In this document: one piece after another, positions 34,868 to 45,672 of the stretch | How the letters are laid out: each line of letters starts with the position of its first letter | Numbering within the stretch: the first letter of the stretch is position 1 | Translations under genes and position numbers: made by a program | Notes under the pieces: model-generated | Told to the model about the DNA's origin: nothing | The model's input: only the letters and a program-made list of their open reading frames with translations | Database searches by the model: none | From: Escherichia coli | GTDB taxonomy: Bacteria > Pseudomonadota > Gammaproteobacteria > Enterobacterales > Enterobacteriaceae | Direction: 5' to 3' (one strand) | Length of the DNA stretch: 64,000 nucleotides | Assembly (NCBI RefSeq): GCF_024298765.1 | Contig: NZ_CP101210.1

Positions 34868-36126
34868 GATAAAAACTCTCTTTGGGCTCGTGAAAAAAAG
34901 GCTTCATCACCGAAGTTGCCAGATTTAAGGGCGAGTGAGACAGGCTTATCCAGTGCGTTTACCCACGGCACGCCGGGGGAAATGGTTGGGCCAATATGAA
35001 ACCCTTTTATTCCCAGGCTCTGTGTGACTACGCCGGAGGTCTCACCGCCTGCGACAATAAAGCGTGTCACGCCTTCCGCTGCTAACCGCGCCGCTAGTTG
35101 AGAAAACAGTGTTTCTACTGCCTGACTGGCTTTTTGTGCACCGTATTGCTGTTGAATTGCTGCCAATGCGTCAGTGCTGGCGGTGGCAAAAACCAGTGGA
35201 GCAAGTACACTTTCCTGGCCCAGAACCCACTCTGCCAGCTCGTGTGCATAAGCGGCCAGAGTTTCGGTTGAGAGGCAGCGTGCCACATCAACCTCACGGG
35301 CTGGTGCAATTTGACGGTAATGTGCCACCTGGCGGTTGGTCATTTGAGAGCATGAACCGGAGAGCACTACGCCGCGCCCAGCGAGCGGACGCCCTGCTTC
35401 GCGAGCCTGGTTACCGTTTTCTTGCGCCCACTGCCGGGCCAGGCCAATCGCCAGACCAGAACCGCCCGTTACCAGTGGGGCATCGCGCAAGGCTTCCCCC
35501 TGAATTTCCAGATGGTGTTCGGTCAGCGCATCAAGCACCGCGTAGCGATAGCCCTCTTGCTGTAAGCGAGCCAGCTCCTGACGAACGGCATCCACACCTT
35601 GTTCGAAAACATGTGCCGAAACGACGCCGCAGCGCCCTGTGGACTGCGCTTCAACCAGACGGGGAAGATAGCTGTCGGTCATGGGATTTACCGGGTGATG
35701 GCGCATTCCGGATTCGGCCAGCAGTTGATTCATTACGAACAAATACCCCTGATAAACCGTACGTCCGTTGACCGGCAGGGCCGGAGAGAAGACCGTAAAC
35801 GGCGTGTCGAGAGCATCCATTAATGCATCGGTAACCGGGCCGATATTACCTTTCGCAGTACTGTCGAAAGTAGAGCAGTATTTGAAATAGATCTGTTTGC
35901 AACCTTGCTGTTGCAACCAGCTCAGAGCCGCCAGCGATTGCTGTGTGGCTTCAACCACCGGACAGGAACGCGTTTTCAGGCTGATCACCAGTGCGTCGAT
36001 TGCTTCCGGCATTTTACCTGTTGGAACACCGTTAATTTGTACCGTTGGTAGACCGTTTTCCACCAGAAAACTGGCGATATCCGTCGCGCCGGTAAAATCA
36101 TCGGCGATAACGCCAATCTTGATCAT
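34864..36126 (-). CDS. ygbK: four-carbon acid sugar kinase family protein YgbK
   Basis: 420-aa ORF, N-terminus MIKIGVIADDFTGATD typical of the DUF1537 kinase family; synteny. Confidence 0.8.
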   Translation of the reverse strand: MIKIGVIADDFTGATDIASFLVENGLPTVQINGVPTGKMPEAIDALVISLKTRSCPVVEATQQSLAALSWLQQQGCKQIYFKYCSTFDSTAKGNIGPVTDALMDALDTPFTVFSPALPVNGRTVYQGYLFVMNQLLAESGMRHHPVNPMTDSYLPRLVEAQSTGRCGVVSAHVFEQGVDAVRQELARLQQEGYRYAVLDALTEHHLEIQGEALRDAPLVTGGSGLAIGLARQWAQENGNQAREAGRPLAGRGVVLSGSCSQMTNRQVAHYRQIAPAREVDVARCLSTETLAAYAHELAEWVLGQESVLAPLVFATASTDALAAIQQQYGAQKASQAVETLFSQLAARLAAEGVTRFIVAGGETSGVVTQSLGIKGFHIGPTISPGVPWVNALDKPVSLALKSGNFGDEAFFSRAQREFLS

Positions 36127-37031
36127 GATTTCGCTCCCGGTAGGGTGATGCCAGAGAAAATCTTGATAACTGCGCTATCGTCTTCTTTCCCGTAACCCGC
36201 GTTACTGGCGCTGGTGAACATATTCAATGCTGTTGAGGCCAATGGCAGCGGGAAGTGCAGGGCTTTGGCGGTATCGGCAACCAGACCAAGATCCTTAACA
36301 AAAATATCGACGGCTGAATGCGGGGTGTAATCGCCATCCACCACATGACGCATCCGGTTTTCGAACATCCATGAATTTCCGGCGGCATTGGTCACGACGT
36401 CATACATCACATCCAGCGGGATCCCCGCACGGGCTGCAAGTGCCATCGCTTCGGCTCCGGCAGCAATATGTACGCCCGCTAACAACTGGTGAATAATTTT
36501 TACGGTCGAACCCAGTCCCGGTTCTGAACCGATGCGATAAACTTTTCCGGCAACGGCTTCCAGCACGGGTGCCAGTCGTTCAAAGGCAATATCGCTACCG
36601 GAGGCCATGACAGTCATTTCACCGTTAGCGGCTTTTACTGCACCACCAGAAACTGGCGCATCCAGCATTTCCAGATCGAATCCAGCCAGAGCGGTAGCAA
36701 TTTCTTGCGCATCAGCACTGGCGATAGTGGAAGAAACCATTACTGCCGTACCGGGTTTCAGATGTTGTGCAACGCCTTTTCCACCAAACAGCACCTGTTT
36801 AACCTGGGTCGCATTGACCACCAGCACCAGCAGAGCGTCCAGTTTTTCGGCAAACGTCGCGGCGTTATCAGAAACCCCGCAAGCACCAGCCTCTTTCAAC
36901 GTAGCGCAGGCATTGCTGTTCAGGTCTGCGCCCCAGGTAGAAAGACCTGCGCGGACACATGACAGTGCTGCTCCCATTCCCATTGACCCTAAGCCAACGA
37001 TACCGACATGAAACTCCGATCCCGTTTTCAT
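36123..37031 (-). CDS. ygbJ: 3-hydroxyisobutyrate dehydrogenase-family NAD-dependent dehydrogenase YgbJ
   Basis: 302-aa ORF with N-terminal GxGxxG (VGIVGLGSMGMG). Confidence 0.85.
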   Translation of the reverse strand: MKTGSEFHVGIVGLGSMGMGAALSCVRAGLSTWGADLNSNACATLKEAGACGVSDNAATFAEKLDALLVLVVNATQVKQVLFGGKGVAQHLKPGTAVMVSSTIASADAQEIATALAGFDLEMLDAPVSGGAVKAANGEMTVMASGSDIAFERLAPVLEAVAGKVYRIGSEPGLGSTVKIIHQLLAGVHIAAGAEAMALAARAGIPLDVMYDVVTNAAGNSWMFENRMRHVVDGDYTPHSAVDIFVKDLGLVADTAKALHFPLPLASTALNMFTSASNAGYGKEDDSAVIKIFSGITLPGAKS

Positions 37032-37226
37032 CTGCTCTCCTTGTTAATTTAAGTGATATTTTGTTTGATGTTGTGAATATAAGCGCGGAAAGATAACGAT
37101 ATGGTGAGCTGATTCACAAAAATTAACATTGTGTGTTATTTTATGTGAACTAAGCGTTAGTTGCGCCGCGCACGTTTCGCAGGCAAATAGCGTAGAATGT
37201 CAGCAGGACAAAGGAAGGAGCAAAAG

Positions 37227-37994
37227 TTGATACCCGTAGAGCGTCGCCAAATCATCCTTGAGATGGTAGCTGAAAAAGGCATTGTTAGTATTGCTGAACT
37301 AACGGACAGAATGAATGTGTCACATATGACCATTCGTCGGGATTTACAAAAACTGGAGCAGCAGGGAGCCGTTGTGCTGGTGTCCGGGGGCGTCCAGTCT
37401 CCGGGACGGGTGGCGCATGAACCTTCTCATCAGGTAAAAACTGCGCTGGCAATGACGCAAAAAGCGGCTATTGGCAAGCTGGCGGCAAGTCTTGTTCAGC
37501 CGGGACGTTGTATCTATCTGGATGCGGGAACGACCACGTTAGCGATTGCACAGCATCTGATTCACATGGAGCCACTCACAGTGGTTACTAACGACTTCGT
37601 TATTGCGGACTACTTGCTCGACAACAGTAATTGCACAATTATTCACACTGGTGGCGCAGTGTGTCGGGAAAACCGTTCCTGTGTTGGGGAAGCCGCTGCG
37701 ACCATGCTGCGTAGCCTGATGATTGATCAGGCTTTTATTTCTGCATCGTCATGGAGTATGCGGGGGATCTCTACGCCAGCAGAAGATAAAGTCACGGTGA
37801 AAAGGGCGATTGCCAGTGCCAGCCGTCAGCGAGTTTTGGTCTGTGATGCGACGAAATATGGACAGGTGGCGACATGGCTGGCGTTACCATTAAGCGAGTT
37901 TGATCAGATCATTACTGACGACGGTCTGCCGGAGAGTGCCAGCCGCGCGCTGGCGAAGCTGGATCTCTCTTTGCTGATAGCGAAAAATGAATAA
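37227..37994 (+). CDS. ygbI: DeoR-family transcriptional regulator YgbI
   Basis: Track ORF 37197..37994; likely TTG start at 37227 (L-IPVERRQIILEMV) after AAGGAAGGAG; DeoR HTH plus sugar-binding domain. Confidence 0.75.
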   Translation: MIPVERRQIILEMVAEKGIVSIAELTDRMNVSHMTIRRDLQKLEQQGAVVLVSGGVQSPGRVAHEPSHQVKTALAMTQKAAIGKLAASLVQPGRCIYLDAGTTTLAIAQHLIHMEPLTVVTNDFVIADYLLDNSNCTIIHTGGAVCRENRSCVGEAAATMLRSLMIDQAFISASSWSMRGISTPAEDKVTVKRAIASASRQRVLVCDATKYGQVATWLALPLSEFDQIITDDGLPESASRALAKLDLSLLIAKNE

Positions 37995-38044
37995 TGACCT
38001 GCAATAACGCCGGGTTACTCATGCTTCACAGAAGAAGCATGAGA

Positions 38045-38701
38045 CTACTTTATTTTATAAAATGACAGCCGCCCGCTTTTCGGCGATCCGGTATCTATAT
38101 AAATCTGGTTAGCGAACGTCTGAATGTTATCAAACATCATATGTCCAAATATAAAATAATCAGCGCCGTTTATTTGTTGTAACTCGCCATTAAGCGATTT
38201 CTGCACACGATCAACAGGCCAGAGTAGTTCTCTCTCCGCTATTTCTTTGCCAAACTGATACTCCTTCCCCGGATAATCTGCATGTGCGATGACATATTTT
38301 ATGGTGTCGTTAGTGATTTCAATAATATGTGGAAGGTGATGGAATTTCAGCAACAGATCTATTGCCTCTTGTTGCTCTGAATCATTTAAATCGAAAAACC
38401 AGTCACCACCGCTGGCAAGCCACATATTGCCATCGCCGGTCGCGAACGCATCCAACGCCATCGCTTCGTGGTTGCCTTTGACGGAGATAAACCAGGGCTG
38501 GTTTAACAGGCGCAGCACGTTAAGACTCTCGGGCCCACGATCGATGTTATCGCCGACAGAAATAAGCAAGTCGGTTTCAGGACAAAAAGAGAGTTGATGT
38601 AAGCGGGATTGTAATAATTGATAGTCACCATGAATATCACCAACGGCCCATATATGGTGATAGTGATGGGCATTGATTTTTTGGTAGCGTGTAGATGGCA
38701 T
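38045..38701 (-). CDS. pphB: serine/threonine protein phosphatase 2
   Basis: 218-aa ORF with metallophosphatase motifs GDIHG, GDNIDRG, GNHE; recognised as PphB/PrpB. Confidence 0.85.
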   Translation of the reverse strand: MPSTRYQKINAHHYHHIWAVGDIHGDYQLLQSRLHQLSFCPETDLLISVGDNIDRGPESLNVLRLLNQPWFISVKGNHEAMALDAFATGDGNMWLASGGDWFFDLNDSEQQEAIDLLLKFHHLPHIIEITNDTIKYVIAHADYPGKEYQFGKEIAERELLWPVDRVQKSLNGELQQINGADYFIFGHMMFDNIQTFANQIYIDTGSPKSGRLSFYKIK

Positions 38702-38806
38702 GGTTTTACCCTGTAAAATAAGATTTCCTATTATACAGGGTATTTTTATTTGATTCGTCAGTTGTCGTTAATATTCCCGATAGCAAAAGACTATCGGGAA
38801 TTGTTA

Positions 38807-41368
38807 TTACACCAGACTCTTCAAGCGATAAATCCACTCCAGCGCCTGACGCGGGGTGAGTGAATCTGGGTCGAGATTTTCCAGTGCTTCGACCGCAGGC
38901 GACGTTTCTTCTGGCACTGACAGCAAAGACATTTGCGTACCATCCACTTGCGTCGCGGCGGCGTTCGGCGAAATGCTTTCCAGCTCACGCAGTTTTTGCC
39001 GTGCGCGCTTAATAACCTCTTTTGGCACGCCGGCCAGAGCTGCAACCGCCAGGCCGTAGCTTTTGCTCGCTGCGCCATCCTGCACGCTGTGCATAAAGGC
39101 AATGGTGTCGCCGTGCTCCAGTGCATCGAGATGCACGTTGGCGACGCCTTCCATTTTCTCCGGTAACTGGGTCAGCTCGAAATAGTGGGTAGCAAACAAC
39201 GTCAACGCTTTAATCTTATTCGCCAGATTTTCCGCGCACGCCCACGCCAGCGACAGACCATCGTAAGTGGACGTTCCACGCCCAATCTCATCCATCAGCA
39301 CCAGACTGTACTCGGTGGCGTTATGTAAAATATTGGCGGTTTCGGTCATTTCCACCATAAAGGTTGAACGCCCGGATGCCAGATCATCCGCTGCCCCTAC
39401 GCGGGTAAAGATGCGATCGATAGGTCCAATCTCGACTTTTTGTGCCGGTACATAGCTGCCGATGTAGGCCATCAGCGCAATCAGTGCGGTCTGGCGCATA
39501 TAGGTACTTTTACCGCCCATATTCGGACCGGTAATGATCAACATGCGACGCTGCGGCGACAGGTTCAGCGGGTTGGCGATAAACGGCTCATTCAGCACCT
39601 GTTCAACCACCGGATGGCGGCCTTCGGTGATGCGAATACCCGGTTTATCAATAAAGGTCGGGCAGGTGTAGTTCAGCGTATAGGCCCGTTCCGCCAGGTT
39701 CACCAGCACGTCGAGTTCCGCCAGCGCGCTCGCGCTCTGTTGCAACGCTTCCAGATGCGGCAACAGCAGGTCGAACAACTCTTCATAAAGCTGTTTTTCC
39801 AGTGCCAGTGCTTTGCCTTTTGAAGTGAGAACTTTGTCTTCGTACTCTTTTAGCTCTGGAATAATGTAGCGCTCGGCGTTTTTCAGCGTCTGGCGACGCA
39901 TGTAATTGATGGGTGCCAGATGGCTTTGTCCACGGCTGATCTGAATGTAATAACCATGAACCGCGTTAAAGCCGACTTTCAGGGTGTCCAGGCCAGTACG
40001 TTCACGCTCGCGGACTTCCAGACGCTCCAGATAATCGGTCGCGCCGTCAGCCAGCGCGCGCCATTCATCCAGTTCTTCGTTATAACCAGTCGCAATAACA
40101 CCACCGTCGCGTACCAGCACCGGCGGCGTGTCGATGATTGCTCGCTCCAGCAGGTCGCGCAGTTCGGCAAACTCGCCCATCTTCTCACGCAGTGCTTGTA
40201 CCGGGGCGCTATCGACACCTTCCAGTTGCGCGCGCAGCTCCGGCAGTTGCTGGAAAGCGTGACGCATACGGGCCAGATCGCGTGGACGAGCAGTTCGTAA
40301 AGCCAGACGCGCCAGAATACGTTCCAGGTCGCCGACCTGACGCAGTACCGGCTGCAGCTCGGCGGTGAAATCCTGCAATGCGCCAATAGTTTGCTGGCGC
40401 TCAAGCAACACGCGGGTATCGCGCACTGGCATATGCAGCCAGCGTTTCAGCATACGACTACCCATCGGCGTTACAGTACAGTCGAGCACTGAAGCCAGCG
40501 TATTTTCCGCACCGCCGGCCAGGTTCTGAGTAATTTCCAGGTTACGACGCGTCGCGGCATCCATAATGATGCTGTCCTGCTGACGTTCCATAGTGATAGA
40601 ACGAATATGCGGCAGGGTCGTGCGTTGGGTATCTTTCGCATACTGCAACAGACAACCGGCAGCACAAAGTCCGCGTGGTGCGTTCTCCACACCAAAACCG
40701 ACCAGATCTCGGGTGCCAAATTGCAGGTTCAATTGCTGGCGAGCGGTGTCGATTTCAAACTCCCACAGCGGGCGACGACGCAGGCCGCGGCGACCTTCAA
40801 TCAGCGACATCTCGGCGAAATCTTCCGCATACAGTAATTCCGCTGGATTCGTACGTTGCAGTTCTGCCGCCATCGTTTCGCGGTCCGCCGGTTCGCTCAG
40901 GCGAAAACGCCCGGAGCTGATATCCAGCGTGGCGTAGCCGAACCCCTTGCTGTCCTGCCAGATAGCCGCCAGCAGGTTGTCCTGACGTTCCTGCAACAGC
41001 GCTTCATCGCTGATGGTGCCCGGCGTAACGATACGGACAACTTTGCGCTCGACCGGCCCTTTGCTGGTCGCCGGATCGCCAATCTGTTCACAAATAGCAA
41101 CCGATTCGCCCTGATTCACCAGTTTGGCGAGGTAGTTTTCCACCGCATGGTAGGGAATCCCCGCCATCGGGATCGGCTCTCCCGCCGAAGCACCGCGTTT
41201 GGTCAGTGAAATATCCAGCAGTTGCGATGCGCGTTTTGCGTCGTCATAAAACAGTTCATAAAAATCACCCATCCGGTAAAACAGCAGGATCTCGGGATGC
41301 TGGGCTTTCAGCTTGAGATACTGCTGCATCATGGGCGTATGGGCATCGAAATTTTCTATTGCACTCAT
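38807..41368 (-). CDS. mutS: DNA mismatch repair protein MutS
   Basis: 853-aa ORF recognised as MutS (Walker [10 protein letters not shown]). Confidence 0.97.
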   Translation of the reverse strand: MSAIENFDAHTPMMQQYLKLKAQHPEILLFYRMGDFYELFYDDAKRASQLLDISLTKRGASAGEPIPMAGIPYHAVENYLAKLVNQGESVAICEQIGDPATSKGPVERKVVRIVTPGTISDEALLQERQDNLLAAIWQDSKGFGYATLDISSGRFRLSEPADRETMAAELQRTNPAELLYAEDFAEMSLIEGRRGLRRRPLWEFEIDTARQQLNLQFGTRDLVGFGVENAPRGLCAAGCLLQYAKDTQRTTLPHIRSITMERQQDSIIMDAATRRNLEITQNLAGGAENTLASVLDCTVTPMGSRMLKRWLHMPVRDTRVLLERQQTIGALQDFTAELQPVLRQVGDLERILARLALRTARPRDLARMRHAFQQLPELRAQLEGVDSAPVQALREKMGEFAELRDLLERAIIDTPPVLVRDGGVIATGYNEELDEWRALADGATDYLERLEVRERERTGLDTLKVGFNAVHGYYIQISRGQSHLAPINYMRRQTLKNAERYIIPELKEYEDKVLTSKGKALALEKQLYEELFDLLLPHLEALQQSASALAELDVLVNLAERAYTLNYTCPTFIDKPGIRITEGRHPVVEQVLNEPFIANPLNLSPQRRMLIITGPNMGGKSTYMRQTALIALMAYIGSYVPAQKVEIGPIDRIFTRVGAADDLASGRSTFMVEMTETANILHNATEYSLVLMDEIGRGTSTYDGLSLAWACAENLANKIKALTLFATHYFELTQLPEKMEGVANVHLDALEHGDTIAFMHSVQDGAASKSYGLAVAALAGVPKEVIKRARQKLRELESISPNAAATQVDGTQMSLLSVPEETSPAVEALENLDPDSLTPRQALEWIYRLKSLV

Positions 41369-41612
41369 GGGGTTATGTCCGGTTCCCTGATATTAAATGG
41401 GGTGTGATGGTTTTTATTTTCGTTGTAATCACATAAGGCGCACATGATACCGGAGTTAATCATTTCAGGGGAAGAAGCGAACGGCGAGTTCTTGATGGTG
41501 ATTCCGGGAAAGATGCTGTTTTGCAGCTTTTGCGTGATGACGATGAAACAAGATCGCAAAATTCGTCGGTTGAAGAAACCTCCTCCTTCAGAGACATAGT
41601 CCCCTTTAAAAT

Positions 41613-41635
41613 TAAGTTGTAATATAAATGCACCT
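41613..41635. promoter_or_regulatory. Candidate NsrR-type operator upstream of ygbA
   Basis: Half-sites AAGTTGTAATA / AAATGCACCTT separated by 1 nt; the second half (reverse complement AAGGTGCATTT) matches 10/11 of the NsrR half-site consensus as I recall it. ygbA is a known NsrR target in E. coli. Confidence 0.35.
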
Positions 41636-41653
41636 TAAGAGTATGGAGGCAGC

Positions 41654-41998
41654 ATGTCCGGCAAGCGTATCTCTCGTGAAAAACTGACGATTAAAAAAAT
41701 GATCGATCTTTATCAAGCGAAATGCCCGCAGGCGTCAGCGGAGCCGGAGCATTACGAGGCGTTGTTTGTTTACGCGCAAAAGCGGCTGGATAAATGTGTG
41801 TTCGGCGAAGAGAAACCAGCCTGTAAGCAGTGTCCGGTGCACTGTTACCAGCCTGCAAAGCGTGAAGAGATGAAACAGATTATGCGTTGGGCCGGGCCGA
41901 GAATGCTGTGGCGTCATCCGATCTTAACCGTGCGTCATCTCATCGATGACAAGCGTCCGGTGCCGGAGTTGCCAGAAAAATATCGTCCAAAGAAATAA
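41654..41998 (+). CDS. ygbA: nitrous oxide-stimulated promoter family protein YgbA
   Basis: 114-aa Cys-rich ORF in conserved position divergent from mutS. Confidence 0.8.
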   Translation: MSGKRISREKLTIKKMIDLYQAKCPQASAEPEHYEALFVYAQKRLDKCVFGEEKPACKQCPVHCYQPAKREEMKQIMRWAGPRMLWRHPILTVRHLIDDKRPVPELPEKYRPKK

Positions 41999-42036
41999 AT
42001 CTGCCGGAGAGCCATACTCTCCGGCAAATACGGCGC

Positions 42037-42465
42037 TTACGCTTTGGTGGCAATCAGGATGGCTGATGCTTTGATCAATGCAATAACGCGCGAGCCAGTG
42101 GTGAGTTTCATTTCATCCTGACTTTCATTTGTTACCACTGCCACAATTTCAAAACCCGCATCCGTTTTGATATGGACAGTGGCGTTCACTGCGCCTTCGG
42201 TGATTGTCGACACGCTGCCAGCAAACTGGTTGCGAGCAGAGAATTTCAGTCCACAGTCTTCCGTTGCCAGCGTGACCCACGGGGCTTTAATCAGGGCAAT
42301 CGCTTCTTTCCCTTTCGCCAGACCCAGCGCTTGCTGGCTGCTGTGAGTCACAATTGCCACCAGCTTTGCACCACCTGCCAGCGTCAGTTCTACTTCGTCA
42401 TTCACCGCGCCCATTGCTACTGCGCTAACTGTTCCGGTTAATTGATTTCTTGCTGAAACTGCCAT
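42037..42465 (-). CDS. tandem TOBE-domain molybdate/molybdenum-pterin-binding (Mop-like) protein
   Basis: Track ORF 42037..42504; likely start at 42465 (MAVSARNQLTG) after AAAGGAGG. Two repeats of the SARNQ...G.V...ALIKA TOBE/Mop pattern. Confidence 0.65.
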   Translation of the reverse strand: MAVSARNQLTGTVSAVAMGAVNDEVELTLAGGAKLVAIVTHSSQQALGLAKGKEAIALIKAPWVTLATEDCGLKFSARNQFAGSVSTITEGAVNATVHIKTDAGFEIVAVVTNESQDEMKLTTGSRVIALIKASAILIATKA

Positions 42466-42509
42466 ACTGCCTCCTTTCATTGAATGTTGATCGAGTATAA
42501 CCACATCTG

Positions 42510-44588
42510 TTAAATCAATGCCGATTTATCAATTCCCAGTCGCTTCATTCGTGACAGCAGAGTCGTGCGTTTCAGCCCCAGACGTTGCGCAGCGCCTTTA
42601 GGCCCGGCAACCACGCCGTTTGTTTCTTTCAGCACGCGAACAATCAACTGATATTCATCTTCGCCCTCCTGGGCGACAACCGTTGCGGCAGGCGGCGTTT
42701 CAGGTTCTGGTAAAGCAATATCTGGCAATGACAGCTGCAGCACGTTGCCGCGTGTTAGCAATACCGCGCGCTCAATGACGTTTTCCAGCTCACGCACGTT
42801 GCCCGGCCATTCCATGTTGCTCAGGATGCGCAGCGTCTCGGCAGGAATGCTGTCGATATTGCGCCCCAGACGACGGGCAATTTTGAAGGTAAAGGCTTTC
42901 GCCAGCAGCGGAATATCTTCCGGACGCTCGCGTAGTGGCGGCAGGTGGATCGGGAATACGTTCAGACGGTAATAGAGATCGCTACGGAACTCTCGGTCGG
43001 CGACCATTTTTTTCAGATCGCGGTTAGTCGCGGCAATTAAACGTACGTCCGTCTGAATGATTTTGTTGCTGCCGAGACGTTCAAACTCCTGTTCCTGTAA
43101 TACACGCAGCAACTTCGGCTGTAACTCCAGCGGCATATCGCCCACTTCATCGAGGAATAGTGAGCTTTTATCCGCCAGTTCAAAACGACCAATGCGCTGA
43201 GCGCTGGCACCGGTAAAAGCCCCACGCTCATGACCAAATAGATCGCTTTCCAGCAATCCGGCAGGCATCGCCGCGCAGTTCATTTTGACCATGCGGCGAT
43301 TATTACGCCCACTGAGATTATGGATCGCGCGGGCAATCAGCTCTTTACCTGTACCAGTTTCACCGAGGATCAGAACGGTACTGTCACTTTGCGCCACCAT
43401 TTCAACTTGTTTAAGTACGCTGTACATGGCTTCGCTGCGGCCAATAATCTCGCCAAATTCACTATCAACATTGTTGAGCTGCTCGGTCAGGGCGAGGTTT
43501 TCATCAACCAGCCGTTCTTTCAGACGATGAATTTCCTGATAGGCGAGGGCGTTATCGACAGCGATTGCCACACGTTCGGCAATCTGGCGCAGTAAATTCA
43601 GATTGGTAGTGGTAAAGACTTTCTCTTCGCATTGCGCCAGTTTTAGCACGCCCAGCATAGTGTCGCCAGACATCAGCGGTAACAGGCACAAGGTTTGAAT
43701 CTGGTTGCCCCAGGTGTTGAACAACATGCGTTCATAGGGGGCTAAATCGTCCCGCTCGTGGAGATTAATCAACAGCATCTCTTTACTTTTGAAGACGCGT
43801 TCGGTGAGGGTTCCGGCTTCATCGACTTCGCTCTGTTCGTGGGCGGGATGCTGTTTATCAAGATAGTGAGTGGAGTAGATGTTGAGTTTGTTTTTACGGT
43901 GGCTGCGTAAGACGATGCTGATATCGTCAATGTCGAAATAGTAATGGATTTCTTTGGCGACTTCGCTGACCAGTTCGTCCATATCCAGGCGGGAAAGCAC
44001 CGCGTTAGTGATGGCGACCAGGATGCGGAAGTTATCGCGTTCCCGGCATAACAACTCATAGTCGACATTGTTAACGACGCGGCTCTGGATTTGTTCGGTG
44101 ACGACAGAAACGATCTGCGTAAATGTTTGCAGACGATTGAACTCTTTTTCGCTCCAGGGGCGATCGTCATGACGAATAAATTCACAGCCACCAAAAATAT
44201 GCCCTTCCGCCGCCAGTGGCATCAGGCAATAGTGACCAAATTTGGGGTATAGCCCACCTGTGGCCAGCTGCGGCCAGGTTTCACAAAATTCTTCGTAACT
44301 GCAATGCAGCGTATCAGGGCGCGACAAAATGCTGCGTACCGGACCGTGTGCCAGAACAGTTTCGTCTTCATATTTAATGGGGGTGTCTTTTTCACGCGAT
44401 GCGTAATAAGACGCACGTTGAGTCTGCGCTTGCCACAACACAATAGCCGCGTTGTCGGCGAGCGCAGAACGCTTTACCAGTTGCGAAAGAGCCTCACACA
44501 GCGAGGCCAGATCGGGCTGCTGCAATAGTGTCCGAGTGATGTCGAACAACCCTTGCTGTCCGAGATCACTCATCGGTGTATATGACAT
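42510..44588 (-). CDS. fhlA: formate hydrogenlyase transcriptional activator FhlA (sigma-54 dependent)
   Basis: Track ORF 42510..44624; likely 692-aa protein from MSYTPMSDLGQQGLF; AAA+ sigma-54 activator motifs (GETGTGKE, GAFTGA) and C-terminal HTH. Confidence 0.9.
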   Translation of the reverse strand: MSYTPMSDLGQQGLFDITRTLLQQPDLASLCEALSQLVKRSALADNAAIVLWQAQTQRASYYASREKDTPIKYEDETVLAHGPVRSILSRPDTLHCSYEEFCETWPQLATGGLYPKFGHYCLMPLAAEGHIFGGCEFIRHDDRPWSEKEFNRLQTFTQIVSVVTEQIQSRVVNNVDYELLCRERDNFRILVAITNAVLSRLDMDELVSEVAKEIHYYFDIDDISIVLRSHRKNKLNIYSTHYLDKQHPAHEQSEVDEAGTLTERVFKSKEMLLINLHERDDLAPYERMLFNTWGNQIQTLCLLPLMSGDTMLGVLKLAQCEEKVFTTTNLNLLRQIAERVAIAVDNALAYQEIHRLKERLVDENLALTEQLNNVDSEFGEIIGRSEAMYSVLKQVEMVAQSDSTVLILGETGTGKELIARAIHNLSGRNNRRMVKMNCAAMPAGLLESDLFGHERGAFTGASAQRIGRFELADKSSLFLDEVGDMPLELQPKLLRVLQEQEFERLGSNKIIQTDVRLIAATNRDLKKMVADREFRSDLYYRLNVFPIHLPPLRERPEDIPLLAKAFTFKIARRLGRNIDSIPAETLRILSNMEWPGNVRELENVIERAVLLTRGNVLQLSLPDIALPEPETPPAATVVAQEGEDEYQLIVRVLKETNGVVAGPKGAAQRLGLKRTTLLSRMKRLGIDKSALI

Positions 44589-44661
44589 TTTGTTCTTCCA
44601 GGAAAGCACCGCAAAGCGGTGCAAAAGGTCATTGACTAACTATAGGAGATTTAGAATTTTA

Positions 44662-45672
44662 TTAGCATATACGCGGAAGCGGTTCGGCGTGCGGTAGATC
44701 GAGGGTTCGTTTCACGCCATACAGACCGGCAAGACGAACACCTTTACGTTCTACTACTTCGCCAATCAGCGCCGCATCTTTTCCCAATGGATGGGAATGT
44801 AACGCCGCCAGCACTTGCTCTGCTGCGTTGCGTTCAACGGCGATCACCAGTTTGCCTTCGTTGGCAAAGTTAAGGGCGTCCAGTCCCAGCAGTTCGCAAA
44901 CGCCGCGCACAGCAGGTTTAACCGGCAGTGCCGCTTCTGAAAGTTCAATACCACAACCGCAGGCTGCCGCGAACTCATGAACCACCGCGTTTACACCACC
45001 ACGGGTGGCATCACGCAGCGCTTTCACGCCGGGAATGTCACGCAGCGTCTGAATAAGCGGCGTCAGCACCGCGCAGTCGCTGACCAGTTCTCCATCCAGC
45101 CCTAGTTGCTCACGCAGGTTAAGGATAGTCGCCCCATGGTCGCCGAGTGTACCGCTAACCAGCAATACATCGCCTGCGGTTAGCGTCTGTGCGCCCCAGT
45201 GAATATTCGCCGGAATTGCGCCCATGCCAGCGGTGTTGATAAACAGTTTATCTGCCGCGCCGCGCTGTACCACTTTGGTATCGCCAGTAACGATGGCAAT
45301 GCCTGCCGCGCGGGCGGTTTCTGCCATGCTGGTCACTACGGCTTTCAGTGTCTCCATCGGCAATCCTTCTTCGAGGATAAAGCCACAGGAGAGATAGCGC
45401 GGAATTGCGCCACTGACCGCAACGTCATTGGCGGTGCCGCAAATCGCCAGCTTGCCGATATTACCGCCAGGAAAGAACAGCGGGTCAATGACGTAACTGT
45501 CGGTTGAGAACGCCAGACGGTCGCCTTCCGCTACCAGCTGTGCCAAATCAAGACGGGCCTGATCTTCCTGCTCTGCCAGCCACGGGTTGGCAAAGGCTTC
45601 CATAAACAGGCTGTTGATTAATTGCTGCATCGCCTGGCCGCCGCTACCGTGGGCGAGTTGGATATTATTCAC
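44662..45672 (-). CDS. hypE: hydrogenase maturation carbamoyl dehydratase HypE
   Basis: 336-aa ORF ending in PRIC (C-terminal Cys). Confidence 0.9.
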   Translation of the reverse strand: MNNIQLAHGSGGQAMQQLINSLFMEAFANPWLAEQEDQARLDLAQLVAEGDRLAFSTDSYVIDPLFFPGGNIGKLAICGTANDVAVSGAIPRYLSCGFILEEGLPMETLKAVVTSMAETARAAGIAIVTGDTKVVQRGAADKLFINTAGMGAIPANIHWGAQTLTAGDVLLVSGTLGDHGATILNLREQLGLDGELVSDCAVLTPLIQTLRDIPGVKALRDATRGGVNAVVHEFAAACGCGIELSEAALPVKPAVRGVCELLGLDALNFANEGKLVIAVERNAAEQVLAALHSHPLGKDAALIGEVVERKGVRLAGLYGVKRTLDLPHAEPLPRIC

